A DNA stretch of 64,000 nt from a virus. Its lineage: Duplodnaviria > Caudoviricetes. Every line of letters begins with the position of its first letter. Position 1 is the first letter of the stretch. A model generated the notes under the pieces. That model saw nothing but the letters and a program-made list of their open reading frames with translations. It was not told where the DNA came from and made no database searches. The stretch lies in the IMG/VR virus record IMGVR_UViG_3300031998_000004, one strand, 5' to 3'. The position numbers and the translations under genes are program-made. Positions 8,801 to 15,976 of this stretch are shown here, in pieces.

Positions 8801-9326
8801 TTGGGATAAATGATATTTTAGTTGCGACATTATTTGATTTAACATTCAGCAAGAACAAATACTTATGCCCTACAATATATGGCATATTTAATTGTGTGCC
8901 GTTAATGGTAGTCGCTGAACCAGTTGCGGCTTTTACTACCGTTGCAATGCCATTGTTTACACTTGTGATATTCTCCCAACTTGTAGTTCCGCCCGCGAAG
9001 TTACCATTCTTCACCAACTGATTCCACACACAACTCTTCCCTTTCATCTCCACGAACTGCCCGCGGTTGATATCTGTGCTCGTCAGCGATCCATCTGCAG
9101 TTGGTCTGAACAAGAATTCTTTATTACTGTCTATGTATGTCTCTCCATCTTCATCGTTACCACTTAGGTCGGCCTTCAGATGGGCCTTTCCGTCTGATCC
9201 ACCAACCCAGACACCACCGTCCGTTGCGAAGTAGATCTTTCCGTCAACTGCTGTGTCGTATCCAGTCTCTCCCAAGAGCTCTATCTGTGCCCTGGTGAGG
9301 TTTCGTTTAAAATTCACATAACTCAT
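5844..9326 (-). CDS. DGR target: receptor-binding/tail-fibre-like protein with C-terminal C-type-lectin-fold (Fib_succ_major/fimbrial-tip-like) domain
   Basis: TANCY, WSWMIW, YQWGRKDP, DPSPAGY.LP, FPACGYR...G.WW...RASG motifs; VR at the extreme C-terminus. Confidence 0.85.
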   Translation of the reverse strand: MSYVNFKRNLTRAQIELLGETGYDTAVDGKIYFATDGGVWVGGSDGKAHLKADLSGNDEDGETYIDSNKEFLFRPTADGSLTSTDINRGQFVEMKGKSCVWNQLVKNGNFAGGTTSWENITSVNNGIATVVKAATGSATTINGTQLNMPYIVGHKYLFLLNVKSNNVATKISFIPTATASQGVVDYALYSSWTKLSYIWTCPATFGTSLQIRGYNVLDPDTDIDFSFTNVLCIDLTLLGIDNLTTVAEVEEWLEKNVGLRPYYAYNAGTILSFCGQTLKTVGFNQWDEQWELGDIDSTGINAVNNNKIRSKNYIPVTPDTVYYFKSPVGFNLFMYDINKNLVIAYNQGSGTYKYVEANSTKQTLSNVRYIRFSSIGTSTTTYNHDICINLSNASKNGTYEPYITHSLPVNITTLTGKKLVGGVPTGSSQVILPTGARRAGSIADSVIVERVGGVPCITKIVRPLGSVDMGTLTWTKYTSGNHTFSAGIDDKRIVEGIGDSILVCAKYDVTERLSYANADALDKVILEQAATSPGGNRVIISDSAYASSDAATFKSAMNGVTLIYELATPETWVLDTPVPVQYIVDPTGTEQWVPENGDTPYTIPCQSTIMYTSGESGAGLWKSGEGEGSVMMDNDNQAKNTSEVALGQYNKSNRGSGTYGSGTNTAGSVGVGTGANDRKNALEVMQNGDMYVKGIGGYDGTNAAGTSISTLQTVLALLESGKQDALTFDAYPTEGSLNPVTSAGIYAALVGMHDVRDLSMYDVSGVKTLFRNTANCYVVRSPGVYKIPLVYGNGVKNGQTNSVAYTRQGSTYTADFVNHLGATLTSPYIEENAGCSAAGAGLLWQTKAGVVNGISLTSGQDCRYLQFNVTEVPSTNALAVLYITDSNDDIIWSWMIWMTADNLAPFTLTNYTSVDYDMLGLPLGAVWNAAHDHYVIPHYQWGRKDPMCPPTTYNSTTNMTLYDVTGATYTGFGNYGVANDGDAGGTVRSVANSIKMPNKFFLQYNTTTYNWNNLAWFNNFWNAAETASSSLADNQDTAIKTIYDPSPAGYMLPAGRFATGFTTTGANSSTTSEFNVIGSWSNGWTIKKNSIDKIGVYFPACGYRNGESGGLGNVGSIGSWWTFAPYSQTLARYLSFSSTIMYPLNGNYRASGFEVWPSRE
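5849..6030 (-). repeat. DGR variable repeat (VR)
   Basis: Last ~60 codons of the target; 14 amino-acid changes vs TR, 13 of them at Asn codons. Confidence 0.97.
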
Positions 9327-9396
9327 ATAAATTAAAATTTATTTACCTTTTTAATCTGTGCACTCGCGTGCATGTATAAGTCATATAAATAATAAC

Positions 9397-9425
9397 AAAA
9401 AAGAGACCCTATATGAGGGTCTCTT
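9397..9425 (-). terminator. Intrinsic terminator
   Basis: AAGAGACCCT-atatg-AGGGTCTCTT with U-tract on minus strand. Confidence 0.75.
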
Positions 9426-9450
9426 CATAGAGAGTTAATAAATTTCCCAA

Positions 9451-10542
9451 TCACTCATCCCAGGTCAGTGCCAAGATAGCTGTGTTAAGGTTGGTGGCTT
9501 GCTGCACAGTCATATAACCATCGTTTCCACCAGCACCACCTGTCTGTCCTGTTGCCGCAGGAATAGCCACTGTGTTACCACTCAGGGTGTGACCAGATAG
9601 GGATGTGTCGTGAACTACTGTCTTCCAGGCATCGCTCGCTGCTGATGCTGTACCCACGCTTCCAGTACCACTCGGTATGTTGGCTTTGCTGACTGTCACC
9701 ACTCCGTTCGTATCCTGACTGATAGAGGTGATAGCAGTCGTCGCCGTGCCGCTCGCCGCGGGATCCGGGACCGCTGTCTGTTTAGTCTTGTAGTTGAGTC
9801 TCGTTGCTATGTCAGCGTCAGAGATGGCCTTCATCTGTCCGTTCACTCCGTCAGTCACCACGAAGGTCTCGTTAGTCAACGCGTTGCTCCCTTTGTACAG
9901 AGCCCCGTTCACATCGGTTGTTCCAAACTTCTGCCATTTGGTGGAGTCATAGGGGTGTGTAGCGTCTACGGAGTCTCCTGTATAGACCCACTCAGAGCTG
10001 TCTGCTGTGACTACCCAGACATCACCTTTCTTTGGTGTGGTGACCGTGCTCTTGAGGTTCGCCTCAGTGTCGATAACACCTTCGAAGTGCATCACGGTTC
10101 CGAGCGCAGTGATCAGCCCGTCTGCATAGGTCTTCGCGTCGTCGTAGGCCTTGTCTGCTGCTCCAGCCATATCTGCCTTCACAGACGTGACTGACGACCC
10201 GTTTCCGTCGAGTACACCGTCGGTCTCGGCGATAGTGAACCCACCGACCACCTGGACGCTGCTCGTCCTGCTGCTGGCGGCGTCGCTCGCCCCACTCGCG
10301 CTTTTAGAGACACTTCCATCCAACCCAGAGAAGTCAGTTATATCTGCGACTCTCTTCAGGACCGCACCCGATCCCCCTTCGAGCGAACCTACATATAAGC
10401 GTGTTGCGAGTGATGATGCTATGTACCAACAGCCGTTGATGACCGCAACATTATTGACTCCGTCGTTGATAGTCCCACTGCCTTCAGCAGCGGTCAACTG
10501 TGCCTGCGTGAACTTTCTATTAAACTGTACTATTGAACTCAT
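9451..10542 (-). CDS. Fibre/virion structural protein
   Basis: Ser/Thr/Ala/Gly-rich; MHFEG..KKGDVWVV..EWVY..WQKFG module; N-terminus resembles that of the DGR target. Confidence 0.6.
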   Translation of the reverse strand: MSSIVQFNRKFTQAQLTAAEGSGTINDGVNNVAVINGCWYIASSLATRLYVGSLEGGSGAVLKRVADITDFSGLDGSVSKSASGASDAASSRTSSVQVVGGFTIAETDGVLDGNGSSVTSVKADMAGAADKAYDDAKTYADGLITALGTVMHFEGVIDTEANLKSTVTTPKKGDVWVVTADSSEWVYTGDSVDATHPYDSTKWQKFGTTDVNGALYKGSNALTNETFVVTDGVNGQMKAISDADIATRLNYKTKQTAVPDPAASGTATTAITSISQDTNGVVTVSKANIPSGTGSVGTASAASDAWKTVVHDTSLSGHTLSGNTVAIPAATGQTGGAGGNDGYMTVQQATNLNTAILALTWDE

Positions 10543-10551
10543 ATCCTTCTT

Positions 10552-10896
10552 TTAATTTTCTTGCCATTTTGATGATTTATTCCATCCTTCTATATCCTCA
10601 GCGGTAATCTCCATCGCGGGCTTCCCCTCGATCACACCTACTCGCTCGGTCAGTGCGCTCAGGTCAGAGACCGCCTGGTTCCACGCAGCTATGTTCTCTT
10701 CGGTCACTCCGCGAGCATCAAGCCGTTCATCGATCTTCTCATCGATAATAGACCCACCGACGAGCTGTTCGAGTATCTGATCATCCAGATAAGGAAGCCA
10801 GTGAAGCTCGTGACTCACCTCTCCACCGACCTCAACTATACTACTTCCGATATCGTTTTCGTATTTCTTAATCAATGACGTTTCCGCTAGATGCAT
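10552..10896 (-). CDS. Hypothetical protein
   Basis: 114 aa, co-oriented with fibre genes; two IT.E.I..WN motifs. Confidence 0.55.
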   Translation of the reverse strand: MHLAETSLIKKYENDIGSSIVEVGGEVSHELHWLPYLDDQILEQLVGGSIIDEKIDERLDARGVTEENIAAWNQAVSDLSALTERVGVIEGKPAMEITAEDIEGWNKSSKWQEN

Positions 10897-10928
10897 GTTA
10901 ATAATATTAAGTTAATTAAATAATAATA

Positions 10929-10954
10929 AAAAGAGATATCCTGAGATATCTCTT
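10929..10954 (-). terminator. Intrinsic terminator
   Basis: AAGAGATATC-ctga-GATATCTCTT. Confidence 0.7.
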
Positions 10955-10980
10955 CTAGTGTATGGGTATTATAGTATGTA

Positions 10981-11469
10981 TTAGATTTCAGTGCTAAAAT
11001 ATATTGATAAGTATCCGTCGTTTTGTGTACCTGTTGCAAAATGCACTTTAATCAACCTTTCATCTGCATCACTACTATTAGTTGTGACAAATATAGCAAA
11101 ATGTTTGTTATCTATATACTTCGACATCACTTTCCTAACACATTTAGTTAAATTGTGATTACTACTCAGGGCATCCGCGGTTGATATCTGGGTTGCGAGC
11201 AGGTAAACCAGTTCTCTCATCAGCTCGTCATCTTCTGCACTCCGAATCATATCCATAAACTCCCATTTATTACTAGACCACTTCTGTGGCTTGAAGTCTT
11301 TCATCGCTTTATTAAAGTCGTGTTTGATGGCTTGTTTTGCATCTGCTAAATATTCGGTATATCGTTGTGAAAAGAAGTGAACTTCTGTAACCAACGCATA
11401 CAACCACTCCTTCCCGGTATCTTTTTCTACCAGGTCACTATCAAAAAGACTTTCTACAAGACTCTTCAT
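10981..11469 (-). CDS. MKSLxESLFD-leader family protein
   Basis: N-terminus MKSLVESLFDSDL. Confidence 0.7.
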   Translation of the reverse strand: MKSLVESLFDSDLVEKDTGKEWLYALVTEVHFFSQRYTEYLADAKQAIKHDFNKAMKDFKPQKWSSNKWEFMDMIRSAEDDELMRELVYLLATQISTADALSSNHNLTKCVRKVMSKYIDNKHFAIFVTTNSSDADERLIKVHFATGTQNDGYLSIYFSTEI

Positions 11470-11858
11470 GGCTCTTCGACAGGTTCATTTACAGAGGGTT
11501 CTTCTGTCACAGTTTCTTTAGCGAGCACATCCTCAAGGACCTTCTTGCTGTCTTCTCCACTATAAGAGATGTCTTTTCCTCCACCACCAACACTCATGCT
11601 TCCGTTCTTCCAGATAGATGTGATTGAATGGAGACCGAGGAGTGCTGCGCCGGTGATGAGACTGGTCTGAAGTAGGTTTTCAACAATCATCACAGGACCC
11701 GCCGTGATAGTCAAGTACACTATACAACACATACTGACAAAAGCAATAAAGGCACCTACGAGTCGTTTTGCTGACCCGATGCCCTTCTCACTGAATGCTT
11801 CATACAACCAGGTTTTGAATGTCTTCTTACTTTTCTCTTTCTGCTGTGACGAGCGCAT
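11466..11858 (-). CDS. Putative holin
   Basis: Two hydrophobic helices after S.KRLVG, acidic tail, overlaps the endolysin gene. Confidence 0.6.
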   Translation of the reverse strand: MRSSQQKEKSKKTFKTWLYEAFSEKGIGSAKRLVGAFIAFVSMCCIVYLTITAGPVMIVENLLQTSLITGAALLGLHSITSIWKNGSMSVGGGGKDISYSGEDSKKVLEDVLAKETVTEEPSVNEPVEEP

Positions 11859-12483
11859 ATGGTAATCCCATATATTTACATAACGCACATATATGCATGT
11901 TTGCTATAGTCTCTTTGCCTTCTTCTGATTTCAAGAACTCCACTTCTTTATGGTTAGTCATAAAGAGATTCTCTGTGAGCATCGCTGGACAGAGTGTGCC
12001 TGCAAGTACTGTGAAGTTAGCTCTCCACACACCTTCCTTTGGAGCACTTCTATTTCCTTTTAATCCAAACTCCTTCACAACATCATAATAGCAATGTGCC
12101 ATCTTGACACTCTCTGGTGAACAGTTATTGCTTACCCACACACTACATCCGCTAGCGTTGTCTACCCAGCCATCTCCTTTTGGTGAGGATGATGCGGGCG
12201 CTGCGTTGATATGTACAGACAAGAATCTACATTTCTTATCGGGGTTATCACGAACAACCTTATTAACTCTTGCACAACGTTTCTGTAAAGGAATGTCTTC
12301 ATCCTCAGGAACCACTTCAATTACCTCTACTCCAAGCCCACGCATCCCATCAACAATCTTCTTTCCCACTTCTCTATTCCATTCGCCTTCAAAGAGGGTT
12401 TCGTCTGGTGATCTCTTGCCTGCAGTATACTTTCTAGTTCCATGACCGTAGTCAACTAATAAGATGTAATTGTAATCGTTCAT
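11827..12483 (-). CDS. Endolysin, N-acetylmuramoyl-L-alanine amidase (Amidase_3)
   Basis: DYGHG..GKRSPD..E..N, FLSVHINAA, PAMLTENLFMTN zinc-amidase motifs. Confidence 0.9.
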   Translation of the reverse strand: MNDYNYILLVDYGHGTRKYTAGKRSPDETLFEGEWNREVGKKIVDGMRGLGVEVIEVVPEDEDIPLQKRCARVNKVVRDNPDKKCRFLSVHINAAPASSSPKGDGWVDNASGCSVWVSNNCSPESVKMAHCYYDVVKEFGLKGNRSAPKEGVWRANFTVLAGTLCPAMLTENLFMTNHKEVEFLKSEEGKETIANMHICALCKYMGLPYALVTAEREK

Positions 12484-12539
12484 ACTTATATAGTAGTTTT
12501 ATTAAATAATAAAAGGAATCCTACTGGATTCCTTAGGTT

Positions 12540-12977
12540 TTAATACCCCCATCTCCTCAGCTTCTCTATATAAGCTTTTCTATCAACTCCTCCGTTCCGA
12601 TCCGCGCTCTTCTCCCATGGTTGATTGTAGTACCACTCACAACTATCACTGTATTTCCAGTTTGCATGGAATATTCTATCATAGATATTTCCCAGGAGAC
12701 TTGGAAGCCCGATAATTAGGAGATAAAGTGGTCCCCAACGTCGACTATCAATTGTATGTCCATACTCATGGCGCATCCCTTCAACCCAGTCTTCTCTATT
12801 CATAATGATATAATTACCAAGACTTATCCCCGACGGCATCTCGTCTGTGAAGTAGAAGGTCCTGCCGTTGAGTCGGTGATACTCCTTTTCTTTTCTGTAA
12901 AAGAGTAACATCAGCAGTCCAAGTAGGTTTTGTGGGGACTGCCAGATCCAAAATAATATTTCCTTAAAAGAGGACAT
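12540..12977 (-). CDS. HExxH putative membrane-associated metallopeptidase
   Basis: GISLG, HEYGH, LYLLIIGLPS, E..AD; ATG at 12977 overlaps the upstream stop. Confidence 0.6.
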   Translation of the reverse strand: MSSFKEILFWIWQSPQNLLGLLMLLFYRKEKEYHRLNGRTFYFTDEMPSGISLGNYIIMNREDWVEGMRHEYGHTIDSRRWGPLYLLIIGLPSLLGNIYDRIFHANWKYSDSCEWYYNQPWEKSADRNGGVDRKAYIEKLRRWGY

Positions 12978-13956
12978 TAAGTATGTATAGTATATTTGTG
13001 TGTTCGTTTTGCAAGAGTTCGTCTTTGAACTTTTCACATTTGTGTTCACGGAAGATGAGTTTAGTGGAATCGAACCTCAATGACAGTGCGTTCAGTGCAG
13101 CAATTCTCTCTATACAATCCACTTGTCCACAGAGTTTGATACACATAAGCATCTCGGCAAGAGCGTCATCAGTAAACAGAGAATAATTTGTAAGTCGTTG
13201 ACTATCAACTAGATTGATAAGTACGTTGCATGTTTCCTTTATCTCATTCACCCAAGTCTCGTCGTTGACAATAGGTTTATCATAATAATTTGTGATATTG
13301 ATCACCCCGTGAGTCAGACCATATATATAATTATGTCTCTTGTTCTTTGATAACATCCATTTTTGTTCTCGTCCCACCTTCTCGATGTAGAATCTCCATA
13401 CACGTCTGTAACAGTCATTGATAGTTGACCAGTTAATAGGAACGAGATCGTTTCTGAGATTCTTTAAGTATATTATCTGTCCGATTCCGTTTATGAACGT
13501 GGTTCCTTGAATCTCATGCATCACTGTATCACGATCTGCTATCTCCATCATCTTAAGTAGGTAACGCCGATTGACTTTCTTTTCAACTCCTTCAGGAAGT
13601 GGAATTCCATTTCTCATAAGGATACATACCTTCTCCATAACATCAGTCATTCCAACATAGAACTTAATGTCTTCGTCGTCGAGTTGTTTGATTTCTTTAT
13701 TGTATCCGAACTCATCAGGCATCTCATCCCATATCTCATCCCAAGACATACCAAGTTTCTTTGCGAGATCCTCAGATGTCCATTTGAATAAACTAGTTTT
13801 AGTTCTGTTATCATCCAACAACCCCTTATAACCATTACAAAGACTCAAACGGGCCATAAAGTGTTGTTTCTTTGGAGTCCCGTTTAAGTCTCTGCTGTGC
13901 TGGAGATAAGTATCTGCAACGGATTTTGCCTTTATGTAGTGAGTGAAATCTATCAT
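12964..13956 (-). CDS. DUF3541-like protein
   Basis: QHF..RL, YIYGLTHGVI..TNYY, DALAEM, EHTNIL recalled as the DUF3541 pattern; coupled to RimK gene (TAATG). Confidence 0.5.
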   Translation of the reverse strand: MIDFTHYIKAKSVADTYLQHSRDLNGTPKKQHFMARLSLCNGYKGLLDDNRTKTSLFKWTSEDLAKKLGMSWDEIWDEMPDEFGYNKEIKQLDDEDIKFYVGMTDVMEKVCILMRNGIPLPEGVEKKVNRRYLLKMMEIADRDTVMHEIQGTTFINGIGQIIYLKNLRNDLVPINWSTINDCYRRVWRFYIEKVGREQKWMLSKNKRHNYIYGLTHGVINITNYYDKPIVNDETWVNEIKETCNVLINLVDSQRLTNYSLFTDDALAEMLMCIKLCGQVDCIERIAALNALSLRFDSTKLIFREHKCEKFKDELLQNEHTNILYILNVLF

Positions 13957-15629
13957 TAGATAATCTTTACTTTCTGCATCTCGTCAGTTAACATATGACC
14001 ATTATTTGGATGAACTGTATATCCGAGTTTTGCAAGGGTATCCCGGTTAAGGAGCATGTTGGTGGTTTTCTTTTCACGACTCTTAACAATTGCAATATAT
14101 GGATTTTTAATTTTTCTTAAACCGAGTGTAAGTTCTTTAACCTGAATAACCGGTCTCTTATAAGTATCTTCCCCAGCCACCGCATTAATATCACGTTCTT
14201 TATCAAACGTCATATTCTTACCATCAATCGAGAATGTAACTTTACCATCAGTTTCTGTATACTCACCAACTTCAAGAGTACTTGCAAATGTACTATTACC
14301 CGTATCAAGTTTTGCAAGAAAACTCTTTTCTACTCCATCTTCGAATTTAACAGTAACCGCTTCTATAAATCCAGCAGTCTTATCTTGAAGCATAAACTCA
14401 CTCGGATCATCAAGTTCGTTGAGAAGGATACTTACGAAGTTCTCTTTAATAACATCACTGATACCATCAGTACCCGGGCTTGCATTGACCTCTAACACGA
14501 CATTATCACCGAGTTCTTTATTACTTCCTTTTACGAGCGGCATAATATCAACAGCACACCAAGGCATCTTTGTAAGAGTTGCGGTTTTGAGAGCGATTTG
14601 TTCCTGTTCTGGTGTGAGTTTTACTGGTTCTGCTGCAGCACCAAGACTCACGTTACTCCTAAAGTCATTAGCGATTTTTACACGTTTCATGGCCGCGAGT
14701 ATCACCTGTTTATTACGAAGAGTGAGAACATGTACACGGATATCCCCACCATCTGCTTCTTCCTTCTTCTGGAGAATAAGACGACGTTCAGGATCGATAG
14801 CAAATACAAGCTGTAACCAAGCAAGAATTTTCTTACCATCTATCATAGCTACGCCTGTTCCACCGTGACCATCAAGAATCTTACATACAAAAGTTAATTC
14901 TTCATTTTTGTCCGGATCTTTCTCATTCCATTGAGGATAAACATCCTTCATTGATTGATTATATTGCTTTTCATCATAAAGGATGTCTTTTGTCATCAAA
15001 CAGAATCGTGGTTGAGGAATCTCACCTTTTTCAAGTAAGCATGCAGTATCATACTTATCACAGGCAAGCGCAGCGTACTGAACAGGATTTAATACGAGGA
15101 ACCCGCGGTCCTGTAAGAGCTTAACAATATGCTCACACTGGTCTTCATCCTGAACACCAAGCCTACTGAATACGAGTGTATCGAGATTAGATTGTTCCTT
15201 AATAGTGAACTTTTCATCACCATCCGTCAACTCAATAGTCTCTTCGCGATCGTCCGCTACCATCTCAGCTGCAACAAACACATGGAGTTCGGGGACGATC
15301 TCTACGTGTTTCTTTTTGAGAGCGTCAATAGCATCTATGATATTCTTCAATGTCTTATTGTTCTTTGGATCACGATCATTAGTGAATACAATGATGTGTT
15401 TGAAGATGTTCTTCAATTCCTTGGGATGCTGATCTGCGTAGATGACTTCGAATTTATCGGGATTAACGGTTTTCTCTTCTTCGTTTTTCTTTTCGTGAGA
15501 TTCTTTATCTTTATCCTCCATTTTTTTGATTTCGGATTTCTTTTCTATAATCTCTGCAGGAACAAGGTTATATTCCTCGTTTAACTGTTCTACACAGCTT
15601 ATATTGCTATAGTCGATTCTTTTACTCAT
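13956..15629 (-). CDS. rimK: RimK-family ATP-grasp ligase fused to C-terminal RimB-like retropepsin protease
   Basis: CDKY, IPQP, K..GHGGTGV, DIRVHV, DFRSNVSLG, AVDIM, LEVNASPG; then GFIE, AKLDTGN, RPVI, MLLNR. Confidence 0.85.
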   Translation of the reverse strand: MSKRIDYSNISCVEQLNEEYNLVPAEIIEKKSEIKKMEDKDKESHEKKNEEEKTVNPDKFEVIYADQHPKELKNIFKHIIVFTNDRDPKNNKTLKNIIDAIDALKKKHVEIVPELHVFVAAEMVADDREETIELTDGDEKFTIKEQSNLDTLVFSRLGVQDEDQCEHIVKLLQDRGFLVLNPVQYAALACDKYDTACLLEKGEIPQPRFCLMTKDILYDEKQYNQSMKDVYPQWNEKDPDKNEELTFVCKILDGHGGTGVAMIDGKKILAWLQLVFAIDPERRLILQKKEEADGGDIRVHVLTLRNKQVILAAMKRVKIANDFRSNVSLGAAAEPVKLTPEQEQIALKTATLTKMPWCAVDIMPLVKGSNKELGDNVVLEVNASPGTDGISDVIKENFVSILLNELDDPSEFMLQDKTAGFIEAVTVKFEDGVEKSFLAKLDTGNSTFASTLEVGEYTETDGKVTFSIDGKNMTFDKERDINAVAGEDTYKRPVIQVKELTLGLRKIKNPYIAIVKSREKKTTNMLLNRDTLAKLGYTVHPNNGHMLTDEMQKVKII

Positions 15630-15641
15630 AATAACATATAT

Positions 15642-15917
15642 TTATTTCACGCGGCTTACTATTAAACAATAGTCGTCTCCACGATGAATAAAACATTCAT
15701 TTGGTTTAAGTTTAGATGCTTTATCGCATATACTATCAATTTCCTCTTTATCATCTATATCAAATTGATCAATAATATATTTCTTTAAAGAATCGAAAGA
15801 ATACTCAATAGTAAAATCTCTAAGATCAGTTATATTACTTATATTAACAATAGAATATTTGATACTGTCTATATCAATTTTTCTTTTTTCAGTTATGTAT
15901 TGTATTAAATCTTTCAT
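15642..15917 (-). CDS. Small protein with leader-like N-terminus
   Basis: MKDLIQYITE; TATTATTT motif 4 nt upstream. Confidence 0.6.
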   Translation of the reverse strand: MKDLIQYITEKRKIDIDSIKYSIVNISNITDLRDFTIEYSFDSLKKYIIDQFDIDDKEEIDSICDKASKLKPNECFIHRGDDYCLIVSRVK

Positions 15918-15976
15918 GTATAAATAATAAAAGGAACCTCTTTCGAGATTCCTTTCATCTTAATATTTATATTCTA

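Larger units (their letters stand above)
3609..9326 (-). mobile_element. Diversity-generating retroelement: target(VR)-hairpin-miniORF-avd-TR-RT
   Basis: All canonical components present on one strand; adenine-specific TR/VR mismatches. Confidence 0.96.
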
